A stretch of 38,738 nt of DNA from a virus. Both the position numbers and the translations under genes were made by a program. The DNA is taken from the IMG/VR virus record IMGVR_UViG_3300034069_001386, positions 1 to 38,738 of that record; one strand, 5' to 3'. This document shows, piece after piece, positions 28,999 through 38,293 of this stretch; within the stretch, counting starts at the first letter, position 1, and each line of letters begins with the position of its first letter. The notes beneath the pieces are model-generated. The model saw only the letters and a program-made list of their open reading frames with translations. It made no database searches and was not told the DNA's origin.

Positions 28999-29366
28999 GC
29001 GCGTTCCTCCACGAGCTCCGCGACTACGCCACACCCACCGCGGTCGGTACCCCGACGCTGCACCAGCTCGCCGAGACCCCGGACGAGCAGTGGGCTCTCA
29101 CCTTCAACCGTGGCCCCACCGACCCGCTGTCCCGGTGGGGGCAGGGCGTCCTCACGCTCCTCACCCGCGGGCCCCGCTCGAACCCCGACATCGTCGACGA
29201 CCGAGCCGACCCCGTCGTGAAGGTCCTCCTCGACGCTGCCGGCCGCACCTTCGGCGGGGTCGGGCTGAACACGATCGACCACCGCGGTTCCTCGTCCGGG
29301 GCGGACTCCTCGAAGCGGACGCTGCGGATCGACACGTTCCTTCTCGACCTCGACTACCAGGCGTAG
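28995..29366 (+). CDS. Tail terminator-like protein (123 aa)
   Basis: Synteny, directly upstream of the major tail gene. Confidence 0.55.
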   Translation: MSAFLHELRDYATPTAVGTPTLHQLAETPDEQWALTFNRGPTDPLSRWGQGVLTLLTRGPRSNPDIVDDRADPVVKVLLDAAGRTFGGVGLNTIDHRGSSSGADSSKRTLRIDTFLLDLDYQA

Positions 29367-29400
29367 CCGGACCGTTCCACCTTCTTCCCTGCCTGCTCCC

Positions 29401-29429
29401 CCTCCAGGCACCTACTACGCCTCTGGAGG
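29401..29429 (+). promoter_or_regulatory. Hairpin CCTCCAG-(15 nt)-CTGGAGG that sequesters the SD of the major tail gene
   Basis: Read directly. The GGAGG at 29425-29429 is the 3' arm and the ATG is at 29436. Confidence 0.35.
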
Positions 29430-29435
29430 CTCCTC

Positions 29436-30158
29436 ATGACCAGCGCTCTCGCGCGCAAGTTCGCGCTCCGCGTCTCCCCGTACATCGCCGGTGTCCTCCC
29501 GGGCGCGGTGACCGCATGGACGCCCTACAAGGGCATCACCGACTTCTCGAAGAAGGTCGACGCGACCCTCGTCGACGTTTCCGACTACGACTCGAACGGG
29601 TTCTCCTCGTCGGAGAAGACGATGCAGACGTGGTCCGCGGTCGCGAAGTGCCGCCGCCCGATCACCGCCGGCGTGTACGACCCGGGGCAGGAGATCGTCC
29701 GCTCCGCGGAGCTGAACTTCGGCGACCAGGCGCGGGTGTTCGTGAACTGGTACGACCGCAACGGTGGCGAGTCCCGGTCCGGGGTGTCCCTCGTCGGGTG
29801 GGAGCAGACGAAGACCGGCGTGACCGACGTCGAGGAGGTCACGGCGACGTTCACCGGCGACGGGCAGCTGTTCGACATCTCGAACCCGTACCAGGCCGCC
29901 GTGATCCCGACGATCCAGTCGGTCAGCCCGTCCGGTGCCTCCGCAGGCACCTCCGTCGCGATCACCGGCTCCGGCTTCATCGGCACCGTCTCGTCCACCG
30001 GGGTGAAGTTCGGTGGCACGAACGCGGCCAGCTTCTCCGTCATCTCCGACGCGCTGATCGTCGCGGTCCTCCCGGCCGGGTCCTCCGGGTCCGCGGTCGT
30101 CACCGTCACGAACGGTGCCGGCACATCCGCGAACTTCCCGTACACGCGCGGTTCGTGA
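29436..30158 (+). CDS. Major tail protein with C-terminal IPT/TIG (Ig-like) domain (240 aa)
   Basis: PTIQSVSPSGASAGTSVAITGSGF ... VKFGGTNAASFSVISDALIVAVLPAGSSGSAVVTVTN is a typical IPT/TIG pattern. Confidence 0.75.
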   Translation: MTSALARKFALRVSPYIAGVLPGAVTAWTPYKGITDFSKKVDATLVDVSDYDSNGFSSSEKTMQTWSAVAKCRRPITAGVYDPGQEIVRSAELNFGDQARVFVNWYDRNGGESRSGVSLVGWEQTKTGVTDVEEVTATFTGDGQLFDISNPYQAAVIPTIQSVSPSGASAGTSVAITGSGFIGTVSSTGVKFGGTNAASFSVISDALIVAVLPAGSSGSAVVTVTNGAGTSANFPYTRGS

Positions 30159-30165
30159 GTAGACC

Positions 30166-30199
30166 CCCGGGCGGCGATGTGGGGACACCGCCGCCCGGG
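30166..30199 (+). terminator. Hairpin with perfect 11-bp stem (CCCGGGCGGCG ... CGCCGCCCGGG) after the major tail gene
   Basis: Read directly. Confidence 0.5.
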
Positions 30200-30231
30200 C
30201 CCAGTCCCCACCCGTCCCCGAAGGAGTCCCC

Positions 30232-30684
30232 ATGCCGTTCGCCGACTACGAGCAGCTCACGCAACCACTCGCGCTCCCCTACAAGGGGAAGGTGTACACG
30301 CTGCCCGAGCTGAGCATCCAGGACACGATCCGCCTCAACCTGGTCCTCGACCCGGAGGCGGAGACGACCATGGAGGTCGACGAGCTCGAACGGCTTCTGC
30401 TCGGCGCCGCGGGTGAGCAGATGGTCACCGACGACGTCCCGCAGGGGATGCGGGAGCGTGCGCTGCGCACCGCGATCGCGGAGTTCCGGTACGGGCGGCA
30501 GGTCGCCGAGCAGATCTGGAACCTGAAGGACGGCGACCTCGACCCAAAAGGGCCCTCGAGCAGCGTGAAGGACTCGACGCCCTCGACGAGTACGGGCGAG
30601 GCGACCGGGACCCCGTCACCGGCCTCTACGACTGGTACGAGGACCTCCCGCCGGAAGCAGGCCCCGTCGGAGACGACACCGTAG
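30232..30684 (+). CDS. Tail assembly chaperone (G-like, 150 aa)
   Basis: Position between the major tail and tape measure genes. Contains the slippery site. Confidence 0.75.
   Translation: MPFADYEQLTQPLALPYKGKVYTLPELSIQDTIRLNLVLDPEAETTMEVDELERLLLGAAGEQMVTDDVPQGMRERALRTAIAEFRYGRQVAEQIWNLKDGDLDPKGPSSSVKDSTPSTSTGEATGTPSPASTTGTRTSRRKQAPSETTP
30543..30549 (+). other. Programmed -1 ribosomal frameshift heptamer C_CCA_AAA
   Basis: Zero-frame codons CCA AAA. The -1 frame is open from here to TGA 30894-30896 and encodes a non-artefactual sequence. Confidence 0.7.
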
Positions 30685-30896
30685 GGATCTCCTGGTCGGC
30701 GCTGATCGAAGCGTGGCCTGCCCTGGAGTACTCCTTCCACGCTCACCTCGGGGTCGACCTGGACCACGTGATGCGCCGCCGCCGGAAGACCGGCCGGTGG
30801 TTCACGATCCGAGTCCGCGGCCTCCTCGCCCAGGACACGCTCCTCGCCGCCCAATTCCGGCAGCCCTCTGACGAAACCCCGAAGGAGGAGTCGTGA
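30549..30896 (+). CDS. T-like extension of the tail assembly chaperone (GT fusion via -1 frameshift from 30232)
   Basis: The -1 frame reads RALEQREGLDALDEYGRGDRDPVTGLYDWYEDLPPEAGPVGDDTVGISWSALIEAWPALEYSFHAHLGVDLDHV... Its stop overlaps the tape-measure GTG. Confidence 0.65.
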   Translation, partial: RALEQREGLDALDEYGRGDRDPVTGLYDWYEDLPPEAGPVGDDTVGISWSALIEAWPALEYSFHAHLGVDLDHVMRRRRKTGRWFTIRVRGLLAQDTLLAAQFRQPSDETPKEES

Positions 30897-33082
30897 GCGA
30901 ACAGGGCGAGATCCGGGGGCGGCTGACGCTGGACTCCACCCAGTTCCGGGACGAGGTCCTCGCGGCCCGCCGGCAGCTCGGTGACCTGACCGACCGCCGC
31001 ACCGACGTGCGGGTCGGTGCGGACATCGTCAGCGCGTTGGCCGACATCCGCCGCATCGCGGACCGTGTCGACGAGCTCGCGTCCCGGTCGCCAGAGATCC
31101 GGATCGACGTGAATACGGGCGCCGCCGAGGCACGCATCGCAGCCCTCGAGGCGCAGCTCGCCTCTCTGCGGATGCAGTCGAACTCGACCGGTGCTGCCGC
31201 GGAGAACGCGTCCGGGAACATCGCCCTCCTCGTCGCCGGTGCGACGATGCTCGTGCCGGCCCTGTTCCCGATCGCCGGTGTCGCGGCGGCGGGTGCTGGT
31301 GCGCTCGGTGGGCTCGGTGCGGCCGCGCTGCTCGCCGGGACGGGTGTCGCCCGTGGGCTCGAGTCCGGGTCTGCCGCGTACGCCGGGTGGCGGCCCATCG
31401 TCGACGGAGTCATCGCCGACGTCCACAAGCTGCAGGACACCGCCGCGACGAACATCCTCCCCGGCGCCTCCGCCACGTTCACCCGGCTGCAGGCGCTGCT
31501 GCCCGAGGTGAACCGTGGCATCGCGGAGATGGCGTCCGACATCGGCCGGATCCTGCCGACCGGTCTCGACGCGGTCGTCACGCTCATCGAGCGGGGTGTG
31601 CCGCTGTGGCGGATGGGCGCGGACGAGCTCGGCCGTGCCGTCGCCGCGGTGGACCGGTTCGCGCACTCGAACGGGTACGCCGACTTCATCGACTACACGA
31701 TCCGCAACGCACCCTCGGTGGAACGGTTCCTCACCCAGGTCGTGCAGCTCGTCGGAGACACGGTCACCGCGTTCGCGCCGTGGGGGGAGGCGATCCTGCC
31801 CGCGGTCACCGACGTGGTGGCGGCGTTCGACTGGATCGTGCGCACCCTCGGCCCCGCCCTGCCGGTCATCGCGGCCGGCTTCACCGGGTGGAAGGTCGCC
31901 GCGCTCGGCATCGCCGCAGTCTCCGGAGCGATCGACCTCGTCACCGGGTCGCTGGCCGGGATGACGATCGCGGAAGCTCTCGCGTCCGGTGGGCTGTCGC
32001 TGCTCGTCGGGGCGGCCGCCGCGGGCGGTGCCGTCGCGCTGCTCGCCGCTTCCGGGGTGAAGGCCCCGGGTGGAGCTGCCGCGTCCCGGAAGGGCGGCGC
32101 TGCGGCAGTCACGAGACCGTCGACTCCGATGGGCGGCGGGGACACCTCCTACAACGGGTTCGGTGCCGGCTCGGACACGTCCGCGACGACCGCGCAGGCG
32201 GTCGCGTTGACCACCACGGTGAACGTGCTCAACCGGGAGATCACCGCGCTGCAGAAGGTCACCGCAGCGCAGGACAAGACCTCGAAGTCCGCCCTCACCC
32301 TCGAGGGGTCGTGGGATGGGGCGGCGGATGCGGCGAAGGACGCGACCGACGCGATCAAGCAGAACGGCACTTCCCTCGACCGGACCACGTCGAAGGGGCG
32401 CGCGAACCGGGAGATGATCCTCGCCGCGGTGCAGGCCGCGAAGCAGCACGCGGATGCGATCAACGCGGACGGGAAGCACGCTGGCGCTGCGGCGGTGTAC
32501 ACCGACCAGTTCGCTCTCGCGCTCGGCCGGTCCCTGGCGAAGATGGGCATGAGCAAGACCGCGGCGGACCAGTACATCGCGAAGCTGCTCGGGATCCCGA
32601 AGAACAAGACGACGACTGCGCAGCTGAAGACCGACCGGGCTCTCGCCCGGCTGCAAGAGCTGCAGCGTCAGATCAACGCGATGCACGGCAAGTCCGTCAC
32701 GATCACCGCGAAGGGTGCCGGCGCGTTCTCCGACTCCCGTGAGTCCTTCACAGGGGTCCGGGGGCATGCCGGTGGCGGCACGATCACCGGCTCGGGTACC
32801 GCGTCGAGCGACTCCGTCGTGCGGCGCCTATCTGTCGGCGAGGAGGTCATCTCGAACATGCGCGGTCAGGCGTCCGCGATGCGCCCCCTGCTGAAGGCGA
32901 TCAACTCCGGTGCGGTGCGCAGCCCCCGCGATGTTGCTGCGGCGTTCGGCACCGGCGGCCCGCAGCACGTCGACAACAGCCGGACGGTCCACCTTCACGT
33001 GTACGGGGCGCCCGGGCAGTCGACGCAGGAGATCTCCGCGGAGACGATGCGGCGCCTGAACCAGGAGCTGAGAGGGGCGTGA
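30893..33082 (+). CDS. Tape measure protein (729 aa)
   Basis: Size, Ala/Gly-rich TM-like core, coiled-coil ends, and synteny. Confidence 0.85.
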   Translation: MSEQGEIRGRLTLDSTQFRDEVLAARRQLGDLTDRRTDVRVGADIVSALADIRRIADRVDELASRSPEIRIDVNTGAAEARIAALEAQLASLRMQSNSTGAAAENASGNIALLVAGATMLVPALFPIAGVAAAGAGALGGLGAAALLAGTGVARGLESGSAAYAGWRPIVDGVIADVHKLQDTAATNILPGASATFTRLQALLPEVNRGIAEMASDIGRILPTGLDAVVTLIERGVPLWRMGADELGRAVAAVDRFAHSNGYADFIDYTIRNAPSVERFLTQVVQLVGDTVTAFAPWGEAILPAVTDVVAAFDWIVRTLGPALPVIAAGFTGWKVAALGIAAVSGAIDLVTGSLAGMTIAEALASGGLSLLVGAAAAGGAVALLAASGVKAPGGAAASRKGGAAAVTRPSTPMGGGDTSYNGFGAGSDTSATTAQAVALTTTVNVLNREITALQKVTAAQDKTSKSALTLEGSWDGAADAAKDATDAIKQNGTSLDRTTSKGRANREMILAAVQAAKQHADAINADGKHAGAAAVYTDQFALALGRSLAKMGMSKTAADQYIAKLLGIPKNKTTTAQLKTDRALARLQELQRQINAMHGKSVTITAKGAGAFSDSRESFTGVRGHAGGGTITGSGTASSDSVVRRLSVGEEVISNMRGQASAMRPLLKAINSGAVRSPRDVAAAFGTGGPQHVDNSRTVHLHVYGAPGQSTQEISAETMRRLNQELRGA

Positions 33083-33083
33083 C

Positions 33084-33860
33084 ATGACGCTCGTCTCGAT
33101 CAACAGCATCCGCATCCACGGCCGCCGCCAGCCCGACGGGTTCTGGCTCGCCGCCGACGGGATCAAGGGCTGGCACGACGGGATCACGTACCGGCGGAAC
33201 CTGCAGCCGCGCCCGCAGCAGCACGGCTACTTCGACCAGCCCGCGTACCTCGACGGGCGCACCATCAGCCTCCACGGGTACTGCCGAGCCTCAACGCTCG
33301 AGCAGCTCGCGAACTACCGGAACCTGCTCTCCGGACTGAACGCCAACGGGGGCCTCCGGAAGTTCACCGTGCAGGACGACATCGGGACCCTGTTCGCGCA
33401 GGCCCGCGTCGACGCGGGCCTGCAGTGGACGGTGTCGCGGGGGCCGATCCTGGCGGAGTGGCAGGCGCAGTTCTGGGCGCCCGACCCCCGCAAGTACGGT
33501 GACGAACGACGCTTCGTGAACCCGGGACCCGCGACCGGCACGAACAGTGTCACCGTGTTCCACCGCGGGAACTTCCCCGCCGTGCCCGTGCACACGATCA
33601 CCGGCACGTTCCCGTCCGGGTACAGCCTCCTCGGCCCGAACGGTGAGACGTACCGGGTCAACCGGCCACTGAACGGCAGCGACACCCACGTCGTCGACAT
33701 GGGCACCGGGGCGCTGACCGAGAACGGCACCATCGTCTACGGCGGCACCGTCGACGTGGACCTGTGGACCGTCCTCCCCGGCGGGCAACCGCAGACCAGC
33801 TTCTCCGCCCCGTCCGGGTCCGGGCAGGTCGTGACGACGTTGAGGGACACCTTCATCTGA
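33084..33860 (+). CDS. Distal tail protein (Dit-like, 258 aa)
   Basis: Synteny after the tape measure gene. Confidence 0.6.
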   Translation: MTLVSINSIRIHGRRQPDGFWLAADGIKGWHDGITYRRNLQPRPQQHGYFDQPAYLDGRTISLHGYCRASTLEQLANYRNLLSGLNANGGLRKFTVQDDIGTLFAQARVDAGLQWTVSRGPILAEWQAQFWAPDPRKYGDERRFVNPGPATGTNSVTVFHRGNFPAVPVHTITGTFPSGYSLLGPNGETYRVNRPLNGSDTHVVDMGTGALTENGTIVYGGTVDVDLWTVLPGGQPQTSFSAPSGSGQVVTTLRDTFI

Positions 33861-34969
33861 TGGCGTACCGCTACTACGTCTGCAACACCGAGACCGGCAA
33901 CGTCATCCTCGAGGTGTACCCGACCACCGCCGGCACGTGGATGCACCGCCTCAACGCGGACGGCACACCCGCCTACTCCCACGACTTCCTCCTCACCGCG
34001 AACCCCGGCCTGAAAGCGCCGGACGGGAAGTACCGGACCCGGTCCTGGCACTCCACCCTCGTCGTCGAATGGGCCGGCCAGGTCCTCTACGCCGGGGTCG
34101 TGCAGTCCCGCGAGTACGACGAGGACAGCAACACGCTCACGATCTACCACGGCGACGTCCGCGCGGTCCTCGGGAAGCGGACCACGTTCCGGCAGGACGG
34201 CTACTCCGGTGCGGCGGACCCGCTCGTGTTCAACAACCTCACCCTCGCGTCCATCGCGACGGGGCTCGTGAAGGCCGGCACGACCGGGGCAGGCGGCGCG
34301 GCGGACCTCCCGATCGTGTTCGGGTCCTCGACCAACACCGGCACCCACGACCGGAAGTACCACGACTACGACCTGATGCTCGTCGACGACGCCCTCACCG
34401 AGGTGCAGAACGTCATCGACGGGCCCGACATCGACTTCGACCCGTCGTGGGACGACGACCACAACCTGCAGTGGACGATGCGGGCCGGGCAGCTCACGGC
34501 CGGGGTGTACGAGTTCAACATGACCGCCCCGCAGCGGAAGCTTCAGGCGGTGAAGTACCGGCTCGACGCGACGAAGAAAGCGAATCGGGTGTACGCGGTC
34601 GGGGCGGGCAGCGAGAAGAAGATGCTCGTCGCGACTGCGTCGGACCCGACGATGACGGTGCCGCTGCTGGAACGGGTCGAGTCGTACAAGCAGACGAAGA
34701 CGATGTCGCGACTGCAGGGCCACGCCGACGCGGACCTCGCCACGTTCAACGCACCGACCCGGCAGCACTCCGCGTCGATGCAGGTCGCGGACGCCGGCGA
34801 CCTGAAGCTCGGGGCGACGTTCCGGCTGTACTACAGCGGCAACGCGTGGATCCCCGACGGGTGGCTCGAGCTGCGCCTCATCGGGTACGGGCCCGACGGG
34901 TCCGACCCGACAGGGGCGACCCTGCAGCTGATCTTCCAGGACACGGGGAACGTCGACAATGAGACTTGA
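33860..34969 (+). CDS. Tail tip / minor tail protein (Tal-like, 369 aa)
   Basis: TGATG junction. Synteny. Confidence 0.6.
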   Translation: MAYRYYVCNTETGNVILEVYPTTAGTWMHRLNADGTPAYSHDFLLTANPGLKAPDGKYRTRSWHSTLVVEWAGQVLYAGVVQSREYDEDSNTLTIYHGDVRAVLGKRTTFRQDGYSGAADPLVFNNLTLASIATGLVKAGTTGAGGAADLPIVFGSSTNTGTHDRKYHDYDLMLVDDALTEVQNVIDGPDIDFDPSWDDDHNLQWTMRAGQLTAGVYEFNMTAPQRKLQAVKYRLDATKKANRVYAVGAGSEKKMLVATASDPTMTVPLLERVESYKQTKTMSRLQGHADADLATFNAPTRQHSASMQVADAGDLKLGATFRLYYSGNAWIPDGWLELRLIGYGPDGSDPTGATLQLIFQDTGNVDNET

Positions 34970-35627
34970 CGACCCGTCCCTGTCCGCGGAGCTGAAGGAG
35001 ATGAAGCGGCGCATCGCCGCACTCGAGAAGGCAACCCCGGCCGGGCTGACGTCGATCAGTGAGGACGCGCTGGAGATCACCGGCGAAGCGGCCCTCATCG
35101 TCAACGGTGGCGGGTCCGCCCGCGTCGACGGGTCGCTGATCATCACCGGGCTGCTGCAAGCCGACGGGACGATCACGTTCACCGGCCAGTTCGACGTGTC
35201 CGGTGAGACGCACATCACCGGCCCCACCGAGATCACCGGGACCACGCAGATCACGGGTGCGACGTCGATCACGGGCGACACGACCCTCAGCGGGGACCTG
35301 ACGGTGCAGGACGGTGGCGCGATCACGGTCGCGGGCAGCCCGTCCGCGAAGCTCGGCGTCACCTCCGGCGGCCGCGCCGGCCTCGACTTCGGCGCCGGCG
35401 AGCTCTCCGCCCTCGCGGACCGCATCGCCCTGTCCGCCGGGTCCGCGACCGCCGGGGTGTCGACGACGTTCGCGGCGATCGCGTTCGGGTCCAACGTCGT
35501 CCTCGTCACCTCCGGCGGTATCTACCTCCAGGGCCTCGGCACCACGTCGAGCCCCGCGAACCTCTACGCCGACTCCTCCGGCCACCTCGCCCGATCCACG
35601 GCGACACCCGGCGGCGGCACCGTCTAA
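34959..35627 (+). CDS. Tail fibre-like protein with hexapeptide (TxITGx) beta-helix repeats (222 aa)
   Basis: N-terminal coiled coil, then THITGP TEITGT TQITGA TSITGD TTLSGD LTVQDG GAITVA. Confidence 0.65.
   Translation: MRLDDPSLSAELKEMKRRIAALEKATPAGLTSISEDALEITGEAALIVNGGGSARVDGSLIITGLLQADGTITFTGQFDVSGETHITGPTEITGTTQITGATSITGDTTLSGDLTVQDGGAITVAGSPSAKLGVTSGGRAGLDFGAGELSALADRIALSAGSATAGVSTTFAAIAFGSNVVLVTSGGIYLQGLGTTSSPANLYADSSGHLARSTATPGGGTV
35208..35333 (+). repeat. Seven tandem 18-bp units encoding the TxITGx hexapeptide repeat
   Basis: Read directly (ACGCACATCACCGGCCCC, ACCGAGATCACCGGGACC, ACGCAGATCACGGGTGCG ...). Confidence 0.7.
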
Positions 35628-35636
35628 GGAGCCCCT

Positions 35637-36071
35637 GTGGCGATCGTCTACGGCAACCTGTCCGACATCAACGAGCAGCCGCTGCTCGCCTACCAGCCGC
35701 AGATCGTGTTCACCCCCACCACCCCAGCGGTCGGCTCCCCCGGCGCGATCTACGCCACCCGCCCGATCACGATCGACGTCGACACCGTCGACGGCACCTT
35801 CCAGGTGAACCTCGCACCCACCGACCTGCTGCGCCCGTCGGTGGAGTACCGCATCTCGTTGCGGTGGCTCGACGCGGACGGCGGCTACCAGGCCACCGAC
35901 TTCCTCCCCTGGGCGCTGACCGTCCCGGAGGACGGCGGGTTCATCGGGGACCTGCTCACCGAGCCGGCGAACCCGGTGTTCTGGTGGGTCGACACCGTCG
36001 CGCCCACCCACCCGGTGCCGAGCCTGATGTGGTTCGACCCCGTGTCCGGCAACGTCTACAAGTGGAGCTGA
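35637..36071 (+). CDS. Minor tail protein (144 aa)
   Basis: GTG start. Synteny within the fibre module. Confidence 0.55.
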   Translation: MAIVYGNLSDINEQPLLAYQPQIVFTPTTPAVGSPGAIYATRPITIDVDTVDGTFQVNLAPTDLLRPSVEYRISLRWLDADGGYQATDFLPWALTVPEDGGFIGDLLTEPANPVFWWVDTVAPTHPVPSLMWFDPVSGNVYKWS

Positions 36072-36075
36072 TCTG

Positions 36076-37320
36076 ATGGTGTGGACCCTCGTCGCGAACA
36101 TCCGAGGCCCCCGCGGGTACAACGGGGACCAGGGCATTCCGGGCCCTCAGGGCATTCCCGGCACGGGGGCGGTGCCGGCGGACACGGCGGTTGCCGGGTA
36201 CGTCGGCACCGCCGGGACGAGTGCCACGAAGACGGCGCTGCAGAACACGGTGCAGGCGCTCCCGTCCGTGCACCACGACTTCTCCGGCGACCCCGACGGC
36301 ACCCCTGCCGCGGTGCTCGACTCCGGGCAGACGGTGGACCTGCAGGGCAGCCAGAAGCAGATCGTCGCCGGCGGTGCCCTCACCCAGGCGACCGGCACGT
36401 CCGGCACCGCCAGCGCGTACCTGAACGTCACCACCGCCAACCCGGTCCGCCGGATCGGCGCCGAGTTCGTCCTCCAGTCGTCCGCGTCGTCGGGGATCCT
36501 CGCGCTCGTGAACTGGCAGAACCAGTTCCAGAACCCGATCCCACCCGCGAACGCGCACCTCGTCCTCACCGGCACGTCGTGGTCGTTCGGCCCCTACCTG
36601 GGCCAGAACGGTGGCGGGTTCGCCCCGATCGCGACGTTCGACTTCCTCCAGCCGCTCCTGGCGGGGGTGCTGTACCGGGTCGAGATGATCATCGACGCGG
36701 ACCGCGGCACCGTCACGATCCTGCTGCCCGACGGGAACACATACACCTGCTCGGACGCCCGCATCCAGAGCTTCAACGGCAACCACCCGACGTGGGAGAA
36801 CCTCTCCAACACGGACACCGACGTCGAGGTGCCGGTGCGGATCCTCCGCATCTGGGCGGACGACAACCCTGCCGCGCCGTTCGCTGGCGTCCGCGGCGTC
36901 ACGTCCCCGCGGGACCTGACCGTGTCCCGGTTCGGGCTCACCGCCAGCCAGGCGACCACGTTGAGTGATTCCTCGTTCGTGCAGGTCGACCAGACCGACA
37001 TGATCGTGCCCGCCTCGAAGCGAGCCCGGATCGACGGCCTCGAGTACGTGCAGATGAACAACGTGAAGACGAACCTGTACGTGCAGACCTCCGTCGGTGG
37101 TGACACCTCTCGCGGGTTCACGCAGCTGCTCGGCAACACGGACGACGACTTCCTCTTCGCGTTCGGTGGAGAGCTCGACCTGTCGGACTACATCCCGGGC
37201 ACGAAGGTGACAGTCGCGGTGAAGATGCAGGCCGCGTCGACGGCGACGCACCGGCACCTCGCGTCGGCGAACATGCGGAACTCGCTGACGGTCACGCCGC
37301 TGCCGATCAACCTGATCTGA
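36076..37320 (+). CDS. Tail fibre with short collagen-like (Gly-X-Y)7 segment and globular C-terminal domain (414 aa)
   Basis: GPRGYNGDQGIPGPQGIPGTG at residues 11-31 (nt 36106-36168). Confidence 0.7.
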   Translation: MVWTLVANIRGPRGYNGDQGIPGPQGIPGTGAVPADTAVAGYVGTAGTSATKTALQNTVQALPSVHHDFSGDPDGTPAAVLDSGQTVDLQGSQKQIVAGGALTQATGTSGTASAYLNVTTANPVRRIGAEFVLQSSASSGILALVNWQNQFQNPIPPANAHLVLTGTSWSFGPYLGQNGGGFAPIATFDFLQPLLAGVLYRVEMIIDADRGTVTILLPDGNTYTCSDARIQSFNGNHPTWENLSNTDTDVEVPVRILRIWADDNPAAPFAGVRGVTSPRDLTVSRFGLTASQATTLSDSSFVQVDQTDMIVPASKRARIDGLEYVQMNNVKTNLYVQTSVGGDTSRGFTQLLGNTDDDFLFAFGGELDLSDYIPGTKVTVAVKMQAASTATHRHLASANMRNSLTVTPLPINLI

Positions 37321-37817
37321 TGCCCACGTATCCCGTCTCGGTCGACGTCTCCGACTTCACCGGCAACAGCACCGCGCCGGGTCTCGCGTTCGCGACGATC
37401 AGCCGCGCGACCGTCGATGCGGCCACCGGCGAGATCATCACCGAAGCGCCGGTCTCGATCCGCCTCACCGCGACTCCGGTGATGGTGCAGCTCGAGCAGG
37501 ACGTCGCCTACCGGGTCCACCTCCTCGGTGTCGCCGGCATCGCGGGGACGTTCTACGTCCGCCACAACACGGCGGCTTCTCTCGCGGAGCTGTACCGGGC
37601 GCACCAGGTCGACCCGACCAGCCTGCAGCCGGCACCGATCCCGCCGACGACGCAGGAGCTGCTCGAGCAGGCGAACGAGGTGCTGACGCAGGTGCAGTCG
37701 TACGGGTTCTCCGCAGCCCCGGACGCGGCCGATGTCGACGCCCTCCAGATCACCTACCCGGCCCAGATGGTCGACCCCGCTGACGCGGACGCGATCCTTT
37801 TCACGACAGGAGCCTGA
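37320..37817 (+). CDS. Minor tail protein (165 aa)
   Basis: TGATG junctions on both sides. Confidence 0.55.
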   Translation: MPTYPVSVDVSDFTGNSTAPGLAFATISRATVDAATGEIITEAPVSIRLTATPVMVQLEQDVAYRVHLLGVAGIAGTFYVRHNTAASLAELYRAHQVDPTSLQPAPIPPTTQELLEQANEVLTQVQSYGFSAAPDAADVDALQITYPAQMVDPADADAILFTTGA

Positions 37818-38293
37818 TGGCAGTCAACGTGGGCAGCGTCCCGATCCTCGACGACCAGCACCACCTGAAGGCGAAGCACCTCGACGTGCCGACCGCGGGG
37901 CTGGTGGGGACGCCGGCCTCGGCGACGGCGATCGCGGTGCAGGCGCTCATTCAGGCCGCGGTGACCGCGGTCGTAGCGGCGGCGCCCGGGCAGCTCAACA
38001 CGCTGAAGGAGCTCGCGGACGCGCTCGGCGATGACGCGAATTTCGGAGCCACCGTCACCGCGGCGCTTGCCGCGAAGGCGGACGCAGCGTCAGTTGCGGC
38101 CACGTACTCGCCGCTCCCGACCGCCGGCACGACACCGGGCTACGTCGCCACCGTTGGGCCCGACGGGAAGTCGATCACCTACTCCGCAGCGACCGGAGGT
38201 GGCGGGCTCACCGCCGCCGACAACGGTCTCGGCGGCATCACCACGTCGTCCACCGCGGCGACCGACAACGGACTCGGAGGGATCGCCGCGTGA
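37817..38293 (+). CDS. Tail fibre protein with phage-fibre repeat motif (158 aa)
   Basis: LNTLKELADALGDDANFGATV matches the common tail-fibre repeat. The C-terminal DNGLGGI motif is duplicated. Confidence 0.65.
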   Translation: MAVNVGSVPILDDQHHLKAKHLDVPTAGLVGTPASATAIAVQALIQAAVTAVVAAAPGQLNTLKELADALGDDANFGATVTAALAAKADAASVAATYSPLPTAGTTPGYVATVGPDGKSITYSAATGGGGLTAADNGLGGITTSSTAATDNGLGGIAA

